Shown here: in pieces, positions 42,808 to 55,910 of the stretch
Layout: every line of letters starts with the position of its first letter
Position numbering within the stretch: position 1 is the stretch's first letter
Source: Novakomyces olei
Taxonomy: Eukaryota
DNA: 64,000 nt
Assembly (NCBI GenBank): GCA_016906335.1
Contig: JADEYG010000005.1
Coordinates: 248,001 to 312,000 of the forward strand
Reading direction: 5' to 3'
The notes under the pieces: model-generated
What the model saw: only the letters and a program-made list of their open reading frames with translations
Told to the model about the DNA's origin: nothing
Database searches by the model: none
Made by a program: the position numbers and the translations under genes

Positions 42808-44924
42808 ATGGCCTCAAACGACCGCACAACCAATTCCATATTGATGGGATCGGCAGCGGCAGATGCGTCACAGCGCAGTTCTGCCAGTTTAGCCGGAGGC
42901 AGTTCGGCTGCAGTTGCAGCGGCGGCGACCGGTGAAAATAGCAGTGGACTGTGGGACCGTCTTTCTCGCTACTGCAGCCAGCACAAAGCCGTCGCTTACA
43001 CTGCGGGAACACTGGCGGCAGTGTCCGTCGCCGGCTCAGTGTATTACGTATACTCTCGGCAATCTTCTCTGCCGTCTTCTCGCGACGGCAGTAATGCAAA
43101 TGACGGATCTGCGGGAGCGCGTAAGCTGTCGAAAGCTGAAAAGAAACGGCTCCGTAAGAAGGAGAAGCACCATTTGGATAAAAAGGGAAAAAAATCGGGC
43201 CAAAGTGATACGGCTGCGTCCTTATCAGACGACACTTCTTCTGGCGGAGACGCAGCTGCCGTAGAGCAGCCGGCGGCGGCAAATTCGGCCAGCAGCAAAA
43301 TTTCTCTGCCAAATCTTACAGCAGAGTTTATCGCTTCACTGGATCAAGGCGTAAGTTTGCACTCGTGTCGTATCCCACTTTTTCTAACCTTCAGGCCAAA
43401 GACGAATTGGCTAATAAATTCAAAGTACAAGGGAACGAAGCCTTTTCAAAATCCCGTCTAACTGAAGCACGTGATCTCTACACCGAGGCACTCAAGCTCA
43501 AACAAGACCAGATCTTCTATGCTAATCGCGCCGCCTGCTACGCCGGGCTGGATTTGCCGGAGAAGGTTATTGAGGATACGAGCAAGGCTCTCGCCCAAGA
43601 CCGAAACTATGTAAAGGCACTCAACCGCCGAGCGGCAGCGTATGAGAAAACAGGGCTTTTGCAGGAAGCTTTGGTCGATGCTACTGTATCGTGCATATTA
43701 ACAGGGTTTGTTGATGAGACGTTGACGGGGACTGTTGAGCGGTTGCTGCGTGCTGTAGCGGAGAAGAAGGCCAAACAGATTTTGGCTACTCGCGGCCGCC
43801 GAATGCCTCCACCTTCATTTATTCATGCTTACTTGGACGCTTTCCGACCGGAAAAGCGACCAGCGCAGATCGAGTCTGGCGGCAAAGAGACCACTGGCGA
43901 AAAAGAAGCAGATGGGAAGGGGACTGGTGAAGATTTATCGGCCCAGGAATCGTCTAGTTCCGGACTGGCGGAGCTACGGTCTGCCTATGCCGCCATGGAC
44001 GCGGACACGTATGACCAAGCGCTTAAGCATGCCGAGGCCGCCATTACCAAGGGCTGTGGAGACGGGGTACTCGATTCTCGTGCTTTAAATATCTGTGGAA
44101 CCTTTTACTTTTTGCAGAGTGATTCAGCAGCGGCTAAAGACGCCTTTGATAAGGCCGTTGCAGCTGATCCGGGCTACGTTCAAAACTATGTTAAAAGAGC
44201 CAGCGTATTCCTCGAGCTTGGAAACAAAGAACTGGGCTGGGCCGATTTCGAAGCAGCTATTGCCCTCAACCCTGATGATCCCGATGTATACTATCACCGT
44301 GGCCAGTTACATTTTATTGTGGGCGAGTTCAATGCAGCAGCTCGTGATTATCAGAAATCTATTGATTTGGATCCATCTTTTATATTCTCTCATATTCAGC
44401 TTGGTGTCGCCCAGTATAAAATGGGTTCAGTTGCCTCAGCGATGGCAACGTTTCGACGAACGCTCAAGACGTTTAAAACTTCGAGCGAAGTTCACAATTA
44501 TTTTGGCGAATTACTGTTGGATCAGGGTAAATTTGCTGATGCTATTTCACAGTTCAATTCTGCTATTGAACTGGAGAAACGGAAGCCTGCTGGCCGAATT
44601 AATGTCTTACCCATCATAAACAAAGCTCTGGCTATCTTTCAGCAGAATAAGGACGTTGCTGAAGCAGAACGGCTGTGCCGTTCTGCTCTCGCTGTTGATC
44701 CTACTTGTGACATGGCCGTGGCCAGTATGGCTCAGTTTTTGTTGCAACAGGGTAAAACGGAAGAGGCTCTTGAATACTTTGAGAGAGCAGCAGAAAATGC
44801 TCGCACTGAGCCCGAATTAGTCAATGCCCTATCTTATGCTGAAGCTTCACGCACTCAATTGACTCTCATGCGGGAAAGGTCTGAGCTGAGTGACCGTCTG
44901 CGCGGACTCACGGGAGGCCTCTAA
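42808..44924 (+). CDS. TOM70: Mitochondrial import receptor Tom70; intron 43351-43394
   Basis: N-terminal signal anchor, basic linker, TPR clamp (FKVQGNEAF, FYANRAACY, KALNRRA), SHIQLGVAQYKMG, ALSYAEASR. Confidence 0.95.
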
Positions 44925-45417
44925 GAATGCAAAATCAAGTGTTTGGGCCTGCCTCTTCGCGTATTCCATAAACATGCGTGGGGTTTATACGTTTTATATT
45001 TATAATATTGAATATATATCAAAATCTACATGTATGAGCATGACGTTTTGGATGGGACGCAGCCCAGACACAAAGAGATGCGAACTAAAATATGAAGAAC
45101 CGTTGAGACTGGCATGATGTATTTTACTTGTTTCACAGGGTCAGGTCATATCTTTATTATGAATCGTACAGATAATGCAAATCATTACTCAAATATGGGA
45201 AAACGTGCAAGAGTATATAGTGCTGAATTATTGTAAATCGTAATCCTGGATTCGATAGAAAGCTAACCTTATTCGATAGAGAGCTAACTTGATCTTCTAA
45301 TTCCACGGCAGTTTAAGCGTTACAATATCGCCACATAAACTTGATTGAACGATAATTGCCATTGCGAAGAGTACTACTAAAGTCAATGGAAAGCTCCCAC
45401 ATTTCTTCTCAATTGAA

Positions 45418-45741
45418 CTATTTATCGTCTTTATTCTGTTCATTGACCTTTTGAGAGGCCCCATGATACTGCTCGCCATTAGGCCGAGCCGGACGGGGCG
45501 TATGCTTTTCAGCTTCTTTGGCCGAACCAAAATCGTTTTCTAATGAGCGAAATTCGGGACTCGCTTGTGTGGCTCCGACTTTTGGAGACCCGTCCGCGGC
45601 CGCGGGGAAAGGCGAATTTGTTTTAATTTCTTTAGGATCAGTGGTTGCTCCAGGCTCAACGGAGGATGGGCCTTTTGCAAAAGAGCGATAAGACGAAAAC
45701 TGAGCGTATACGCGACCCGTCTTTACCGTGCGGGCCAACAT
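45418..45741 (-). CDS. Small (107 aa) hypothetical protein with a presequence-like N-terminus
   Basis: GC-rich open frame in AT-rich surroundings; MLARTVKTGRVYAQFSSYRSF is basic and acid-free; no family recognised. Confidence 0.55.
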   Translation of the reverse strand: MLARTVKTGRVYAQFSSYRSFAKGPSSVEPGATTDPKEIKTNSPFPAAADGSPKVGATQASPEFRSLENDFGSAKEAEKHTPRPARPNGEQYHGASQKVNEQNKDDK

Positions 45742-46866
45742 TGTTGCAAAGGCGGTAGCAGTTTCCAATAATGTTATGACGTAGTGGCGGCTTGTTGAAG
45801 AAGATATAGCGGCATTTGTAGTAATATAATATTTGTATGGCACAGATTATTGTATGTCATTATTGTATGTCATAGTGAAGGAGATGGATAATGTATGGTA
45901 CCGATCTTTGGATTGGGTATTGCTAATCCACGAGCGGCGAGTAAGCAGAAAGCAGATACAGAATGCACCGGATTTTACAATAATAGACAAGAGCAGAACT
46001 TTAATGTAATTTATAAAGCAGTAGGGGGCAATTGTCTCCACCGAACGTGAATTAAGTTTAAGCATTTTTGAATATGAGAAATCGGATATGATTGACCAGT
46101 TTACTCTTCGTTTGCTCTTCGATGTAGAGACTCTTGTACAGAATATTACAATGCAATGGCAAAAAGGTTTATACGCGGCACTTTAGTGACGGCAGAGACT
46201 GTTCCGAAACTCTCGGAGCTAAAAGTACGGGCCTCCACGTGTACTCCCGGCTATAAGTAAGCGGCATGTGCTCAAGTCCCCACACTATTCTGCGCTCGTC
46301 CGGCGATCTGATAATAATCAAATGAATACTTTAGTTACCCAAGTAAACTATCAAGAGATGGAGAGAAGCACTTGTGGGAGGATAGGGTTCAGGCATGAAA
46401 ATAAAGGGCAATCGCGTCTCTACACAGAATCTGTCAAAGAAGCAGTCATGGAAGCAATGCCATAACGATCGCAATCTGTCGGTGCTCTGTCGGGATTTTG
46501 TGTCGAGCGATTCGGCGATTTAAAATGACGCAGATTTCTATTTAGAAAAACACGAAGGCATAATCAATCGTATAACGTGACTTTGATTGGATAGAAGGAA
46601 ATAGCAATCAGACAATAAAGCAAAGACTGCAATAAGGCCAAGCAAGTCTATAGAATTGCGTGAGAATAGACGAGAATAGTGAAGCAATGTCAAAAGAATA
46701 CATTAAAGTACGAATTATCCTCTACGATTATCCTTTACGATTATCTTTTACGAATTATCCTCGCATCGCCAAAATACCAATACAGCTTTCCTGACAATAT
46801 CACACTGTATACCAAAATTACTGTTGTGGAAATTCACATACTGCGTACCCAATTTATCCGAAATGA

Positions 46867-48042
<1,176 letters not shown>

Positions 48043-48708
48043 TACTGAGTAATGGTGTTGGATGCGATCGTAGAGTGCCAGTTGAGAACGTTTACAGATA
48101 TGAAACTAGTTACTAGCGAATGAATAGTATATAATTTATTTTTTTGTCAAAAGAATTGAAGCGTTTAGCGTTCGATTACTGTGTCTACTGTGTATATTAT
48201 TTAGGTTTTGGCAATTGTCAATTCTGGTGCTGCATCAATATGGGATGACGGCATGTGCTGAGCGCCCGTACAATGTGCCATATTGCCCACAAATGCCGAT
48301 CTCTTTCCGAGATCTCTCTGTGAATTAGACATGAAGTCATTATTTAAAACTGACTAGTCCCATATTCTCAGAATATAATCGTTATTTTCACTATTATTAA
48401 TGCCACTACCACTGCACTAATTTCACACCATTACCTGAACAAAACAGTAGCATTACTTAACCATGCTCTCCTAATACCTTGCCGGTATTACCTACACTGG
48501 TGTGTAAGTCATGCTCGAGCAGAAATTTCGGATCTGCAATCAATGGCCTATACAATACGAATGGCAGGACAACAGCTTATCCGTGCGCGTGTCTATTCTA
48601 ATTCGGATAACGCTATTCAAATTAAATCATCAATTCATAGTGCGCACATCAATTCACTTATCAATTCTCTCATCATCAAACGCGTACTCGTATCGGTTAA
48701 ATAGGCAA

Positions 48709-49176
48709 CTAGAGGCTGGACAGAACGGCATCTGCCGCAGTCGATATGATATCAGTAGGCACCTTCTCGACGCGCACGTCTGCAACACGCCCTCCACGCA
48801 CAACTACGACAGCCCGTTTAGCCCGGCTGTTTCCAAGTAATCCAGACGCGTCAAAAAGCAAGCCGGCAGCCTTTGTAAACTCTCCCGTAGCATCAGATAA
48901 AAAGTGGATATCTGACCCACTAGCTCCGAGCTTCTCCTTCCATGCATTCACAACAAATGCATCGTTCACAGCAATAACATAGACACTCAAGCCCTTGGCC
49001 GTGAAATCACTAGCGTGTTTGATATAGCCCGGAACCTGTGAAGAGCAGGGCGGAGTAAATGCACCAGGAACAAAGACGAGAACGCCGTCCTTCACTGTAG
49101 CAGACAGGTCCACGGTATCGTCCGGTGACTTTTCCGCCAGTGTTCCTTTTGGTAGGGAGTCTCCAACAGCAACCAT
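48709..49176 (-). CDS. pmp20: Prx5/Pmp20-type peroxiredoxin with a single Cys
   Basis: VPGAFTPPCSSQVPGY, VNDAFV, FDASGLLG..RAKR, C-terminal VLSSL. Confidence 0.92.
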   Translation of the reverse strand: MVAVGDSLPKGTLAEKSPDDTVDLSATVKDGVLVFVPGAFTPPCSSQVPGYIKHASDFTAKGLSVYVIAVNDAFVVNAWKEKLGASGSDIHFLSDATGEFTKAAGLLFDASGLLGNSRAKRAVVVVRGGRVADVRVEKVPTDIISTAADAVLSSL

Positions 49177-49864
49177 GATCGAATATTAGTTTGGTCTCAA
49201 AGTACTGATTAGTTTGGTTTACTCCAGATTATCGTTGGACATATATATTGCACGTATAATCATGACATCATATAGTGTCGTTTTTATCAGCATAACGGCT
49301 GGAATATCACGTGACTATTTGTTCAATCACGACAAAATCACGACAAAATCAAGGTCAAATAGTTGGGCTCTATATAGCTCCGACTTGGGGCGTTGCTACA
49401 TGTTTTAAAGTACATGAATTAGATCTCGTTTCATCGAGGCATATTGGTATTGGTATTGATATTGGTAATGGTATGACTTTTGAAATGGTCTTTCGGAACA
49501 GCTGGGGTTGACTCTCTTGGACTTTTGTGTTCAGAACGATTTATTGAGTGCAATAAGAATACTAGTTGCATACCATGACGTGATTACTGCGTGGACGCAA
49601 GTTGTGCAATTGCACAATAGGCAGTGTAAGCTGAGTTCATTAAATACTAAGTGACATAAAGATCAGCTTTTTCATAAACATCAAAATTATCCAATATAAC
49701 AACAGTGTTTACACCAATGATCATGAATAACTCTGCACATAATTATTGCTTGATAATGATTAAAGTAATCTAATAATAATTCCAATCAAAAAAGTAGAAA
49801 TTCATAGATAAATAAGTATCGGATAAATGAAACGAATATATCCTCCGCAATAGCCAGTAGGTCC

Positions 49865-51187
49865 ATGGCAGTCTTGCGGTGCTCCTGCGGCCGTCGTATC
49901 ATCAAACTGACGCGGCCTGCTTACCGCTCAGTTCACCAAAGCAGGTGGCTTAGTAATGCCGACAAGAATGATACTGCTTCTGAGGAAGACAAGGCTTATC
50001 TGATCGAGCGATTACAGCAGCTGTAAGACACCAAAATAAAAATACAACACACGAATCCATATGTTTATCTATAATATATAATAGTATTAGACATACACAA
50101 CGTGTACTAGCAAGACAGGAGCGAGGATGCCGAATTTCGACGCGCCAACGCTCAAGCGTTTGCGCAGACAAGTAATCGCATGGCCAAAGTGGTCTCGAGT
50201 GAGATTGCGTGGGATGGGGATGAGAAGACGCAAGACACAGTATTACGAATGATCATGGACAAACATAAGCAAAAACGGTCGGCTGTTGCACCAACAAAAC
50301 TCGGTGCGGGCAATACTGGACTCGCACGGAAACTGGAGCCGATGGTCCGGAAACCAGATCCGCAAACGCTTCTTTACCGAAACAATGCCGTACGAATTGC
50401 CGATGCACGTGAGCGCAGTCTCGACTACCGCTTACACAAAACTGTCTTGCCTGCCCAAAGGAGTAACACGGTAGTAACAACCGAGGAAGGGGTTGACGGC
50501 GGGAATGGGTACATGCCAATGCCAAAGTCTCTTGAGGGCTTAGCCAGTTTAGCCGAGGCAAAGTTTGAGGAGGCGTCGCGTAAAGGGTTGCTGCGGAAAA
50601 ACAAGGCACGCGGTAAGCCGCTGGACGCGACTTATCTGTCTGGCGGACAGGAGGCCAATTTTACCGAATTTATTATGAATGGAATGATAAAACGGCAGGG
50701 AGCGCTGCCCGTGTGGATTGAAAGGCAGCACGATGTCCTGCGTGACTGTGCCGGATTCCGCACTGGTTTACGTGAAGACTGGCGAAATTTTGTGGTTAAA
50801 GCCGTAGCGGCTCAAGGTGGAAGCACAGAGTCCCAGTGTGAACGAGCACGGGATGAAGGGTTAATACACCGATGGAGAGAGCGAGAGTTGCCCTACCTAA
50901 AGGTGCTGGTGCGCGATATTAATTCGCGTATACGCGGATACAACGCGATTGCCCCTTACGCGTCGCGTATGGGCTACTTGGACGTTGTAAGGGAGCTGAG
51001 GGAATGCTTTGAAGAGATGGCGCCCAAATTAGAGCAGGCAGTTATTGAACGGGCAGAGGCTGCTTTACAGCGACCTCAGACCGTCTCTATTTTTGATATT
51101 TTTATGGGTCAAAAGGCGGTTGTGTACGAGAAGCGCGAAGGCCAGTATGGCCTTCGAGAATTTTTGTTGTCTCTTTTTTCAAAGTGA
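49865..51187 (+). CDS. Mitochondrial DUF1992 (DNAJC28 conserved domain) protein; intron 50023-50118
   Basis: First exon missed by the ORF track (MAVLRCSCGRRIIKLTRPAYRS, presequence-like); WDGDE...VLRMI.DK, LAEAKFEEA, RGKPL, MIKRQGALPVWIE, IRGYNAIAP. Confidence 0.8.
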
Positions 51188-51360
51188 TGTATACAAAGTG
51201 TATATGAATGTAAGCGAAAAAATATAAATAAACCAATGTGTATAACGGGGGTATAATGAGGACTCTATTTAGCTTCAGAAACTACAATTGCAGGTATTTC
51301 AAAGCCGGAAGGTTTCCTTTTTGTTACACTAGTTCTTAATAAATGCAATAATTCTAATAC

Positions 51361-51611
51361 GAATAATACGAATAATACGAATAATACGAATAATACGAAT
51401 AATACGAATAATACGAATAATACGAATAATACGAATAATACGAATAATACGAATAATACGAATAATACGAATAATACGAATAATACGAATAATACGAATA
51501 ATACGAATAATACAATAATACGAATAATACGAATAATACGAATAATACGAATAATACGAATAATACGAATAATACGAATAATACGAATAATACGAATAAT
51601 ACGAATAATAC
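51361..51611 (+). repeat. (GAATAATAC)n 9-mer minisatellite, 28 units (one lacks the G)
   Basis: 17 perfect units, one 8-mer, then 10 perfect units. Confidence 0.97.
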
Positions 51612-51664
51612 GGAGATTACAGAAATTACAATAATCAGACCAAACTTCCCCACACTCTGGAAGC

Positions 51665-52664
<1,000 letters not shown>

Positions 52665-52698
52665 TTCAGATTAATATTAATCTTAATATATATACACA

Positions 52699-53912
52699 TT
52701 AAACGCTAGGATCATCAAGAGGCTCCCATTTCAAACAGTCTGGCCGGACGGGCAGATAATGCTTTTTCTCATAATGATCAGCGATATTTTGCAATGAAGC
52801 AACGTCCATTTCTATCCGGTAGGATTGAGTTTCCACATCATATACCAATGCATTTAAAGCTTCCAGGGCGGCGATAACATCGTCTGCTGTCATACTAACG
52901 GCGCGTGTAAGCTCATCAATACTCACGGACGCCTCGTTTCGTCGGTCAAGTAATGCTTCGCACACACATCTTCGCCAATAAGCGCGATAAGATAAAAGAC
53001 CAAGGTCTGATAGCGGCTTTTCCGGCGATCCCAGCTTGCCCTGAGCACATGTCAGCAAATAGCTGAACCCAATAAGAAACTGTCCAAATCCCCGACGCTG
53101 ATAGGCTGGAAGGGTCAAGATGCATGACACGTTATTCAGATTATGTGCACGTTTTTCTTTACTAAAATATCCCACCAAATGAGCTCCCTCAGAATCAGCC
53201 TCGGTCATCACATAAAATAAAAAGGGCTCCACATCGTAATACAGAGATTTGCTCTGCAGAAACATTTTGGCAAGCAGACAAATATTTTGGCAATAAACCG
53301 GCTGTTGCCGTCCATCGACCTCGTACATGGAAATCCTTCCGTCCCTATAAATCTCCCGGCCCGGTGGTTCTCGGGCCAAACATTTCATCCGATGCCGAGC
53401 TGCCACGTGATCCGAGTTCATGTACTTTAAACAATACTCGCAAACGTGCAAGTACCGATTTCTGCTGTACTCCTCGGGATAAGGTGACGCATACCAACTG
53501 CGTATTTGGAAGCGCCCAAACATGACGTATTCAATCCTGTCTCCATCGCTCGTTACCTTGCCGTTAGAAAGAAAGAAGAAAGAAAGAAATAAATAAATAA
53601 ATAAAATCCTACTTGAGCTCTGTTTCGGGCGTTTAAAAAAGCACTTCGATCTGCCTGAGTCGGAGTCGTAGCAGACGTATCGGCCTGATTTGCGTTTAAA
53701 ATGCCTCCAAACGGAAGAGAACGCGGCTCTTCCTTAAGTAGTTTGTGGGCTTTACGTTTCTTCTTATGAAACGTAAATTTGACGACAAGAGACCGCCGTC
53801 GAGGAGTACTCGACCGCGATTCACGTGCATTCCTATTACCGCCTCGACGTAATATTGTTGTTGGCTCGAAGTAATCGGGCACGCGTCGAGCACGCGGGCT
53901 TCGCGTTTCCAT
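52699..53912 (-). CDS. MYST-family histone acetyltransferase (Sas2-like); intron 53557-53612
   Basis: WYASPYPEEY, C2HC finger CEYCLKY..H..KC, YCQNICLLAKMFL, SCILTLPAYQRRGFG, GSPEKPLSDLG; upstream FGGILN..ADTS.T.P motif. Confidence 0.88.
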
Positions 53913-54443
53913 TGATGAATTTGATTGGTACAAATCGCTAACTGTGCGCGATCATAAAAATACTGTTATTACGTACAAAAAATAATAGTATAGTTTGTAC
54001 GTACAAAAATAATGGTATATTTTTGTTTGTATGACGAATGGCAGAGTTGTTTTAATCATTATAAATTGAACAATTTGTAACATTTATGTTTATTTAACAA
54101 GTCAAACGACAATTTGCCTATACGATAACAGCCAGCAAGTCTTTGACATAATGTTCGTGTCAAGTTTGGAGTGTGGGAGTACACAAAATTTGGTCAAAAC
54201 TCAAACAAGGAGATAAGCTATTAATCGTTTAGAGCCTCTAAATACATAGAGTTGACAGATTGAAAATGAAATTGATCGGTTTTCTGCACTATTGAACAGT
54301 TTAGTAAAGACAAAAGCTGACAGCTATTAACTCAATTTTTTTAGCTAATATTAAATTAACTGACTGCAGTACAGAGGAAATGAGTATAAATGAGCGATAC
54401 ATATGACCTCGTAACAGATCAACTAGAAGTTTCCTCGTCCTTT

Positions 54444-55298
54444 TCATTTGAGATTCATAGCCAAATACGTTGTCAAATCCGTTTCGCCTTTTATTGGCGC
54501 AGTGGGGCTCACATAAGGCTCGTTAATAAACAAACTGGTCATATTCGCGAATGATTCTGCTGTACTGGATGCGAACCCAATGCTTTTGCTAAACTGTACC
54601 CAATTTTTCTCTGGAATTTCGTCAACAACAACGGACCTTCTCAATACTGCCGACAAGCATAGTGCCACGTCGTTTGGAGAGTACTTTACCGGGCCCTCAA
54701 CGTCAAAAGTCCCGACTTGTTCAATGGGACTAGAGAGCAATTTGGCATGGACATGGCCAATATCCTGTGGCGCCACCATTGAAACTTTAAGATCCGCTGG
54801 AATAACACTAGGCAGTCTCTGTGACTCCCTTGCCAGGCCAATAAAAGGCAGCCAATTGCTCATAAAGTAAGCGCCTCTAACCACGCAAAGAGGAATTCCC
54901 AATTTTTTAGCGCCCTCTTCAAATTCATAAAGGACTCCGAAATCGTAGCATCTTTTCCCAGGCCGTGCACCGTACGTCGACTGTAGAGTAATTTTTTCCA
55001 GTCGAGAGCCTCTCAGTGCTTTCAATATCGAATCAGCCGTTTTCCTCTCTTCAACATCAGTGTCCTCTGAAGGATCTGCCGGTGGGTTTAGTAGAAACGC
55101 ACGTTTCGCAGATTTGAATACTTGCAAAAGCGCCTTTGTGTCATTGATATCCACAACTGCAACCTCCGCTCCTTTTGCTTGCCATTCTTTAGCTTTGCTT
55201 CTGTTGCGAATAACAACTTTTACTCTGTGTCCTTTTGCAAGCAAATCTGTTGCGACGGTGGAGCCTACATGACCAGAGGCACCCAAAACTATGTACAT
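54444..55298 (-). CDS. NmrA-like atypical SDR NAD(P)-binding protein of bacterial type, intronless
   Basis: VLGASGHVG Rossmann motif, RAFLLNPPADPS.DTD.EE, STYGA.PG, AYFMSNW, MVAPQDIG, VEGP..YSPNDVA. Confidence 0.88.
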   Translation of the reverse strand: MYIVLGASGHVGSTVATDLLAKGHRVKVVIRNRSKAKEWQAKGAEVAVVDINDTKALLQVFKSAKRAFLLNPPADPSEDTDVEERKTADSILKALRGSRLEKITLQSTYGARPGKRCYDFGVLYEFEEGAKKLGIPLCVVRGAYFMSNWLPFIGLARESQRLPSVIPADLKVSMVAPQDIGHVHAKLLSSPIEQVGTFDVEGPVKYSPNDVALCLSAVLRRSVVVDEIPEKNWVQFSKSIGFASSTAESFANMTSLFINEPYVSPTAPIKGETDLTTYLAMNLK

Positions 55299-55473
55299 TT
55301 TAACATTGCAATGTGTCCTTTGACTCGGTCAAAGTTTGAATGTAGCAGAAAACATTGTACTCCAAAATTTGGAGATCACTTTTCGACATTTTTAGATACA
55401 TTAGACTTGCGGGGAAGCTTGAAGACAAAATTACGAAAATGGCGATATATTATTATTATAAATTGTTCAATCT

Positions 55474-55738
55474 AATCAAATCAAATCAAATCAAATCAAA
55501 TCAAATCAAATCAAATCAAATCAAATCAAATCAAATCAAATCAAATCAAATCAAATCAAATCAAATCAAATCAAATCAAATCAAATCAAATCAAATCAAA
55601 TCAAATCAAATCAAATCAAATCAAATCAAATCAAATCAAATCAAATCAAATCAAATCAAATCAAATCAAATCAAATCAAATCAAATCAAATCAAATCAAA
55701 TCAAATCAAATCAAATCAAATCAAATCAAATCAAATCA
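55474..55738 (+). repeat. (AATCA)n pentamer microsatellite, about 53 perfect units
   Basis: Direct reading; lies between the Tpr stop and the NmrA start. Confidence 0.97.
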
Positions 55739-55910
55739 ATCAATCAATCAATCAAAATAATCGAAATAATCAAAATAATCGAAATAATCAAATCAGATTA
55801 AAGCAATTATTTTTCTATATTAATCATAATGTCTTATTTGTATACACAACCAGTTCGGCACTAATGCCCACGCTCTAATAATACTAAATCTGAACATTTA
55901 TTACATTAAT

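Noticed and set aside
51361-51611. 9-mer array as a CRISPR, or as coding ORFs 51265-51684 and 51354-51653
   Set aside because: Head-to-tail repeat with no spacers and no cas genes; the ORFs are stop-free readings of the repeat.
53970-54019. Tandem near-duplication TACGTACAAAAA(A)TAAT(A/G)GTATA as a mobile-element end
   Set aside because: Short local duplication with no terminal inverted repeats, target-site duplication or transposase nearby.
55355-55801. 148-aa (SNQIK)n ORF
   Set aside because: Artefact of the (AATCA)n microsatellite; non-ATG start in the track and no coding features.
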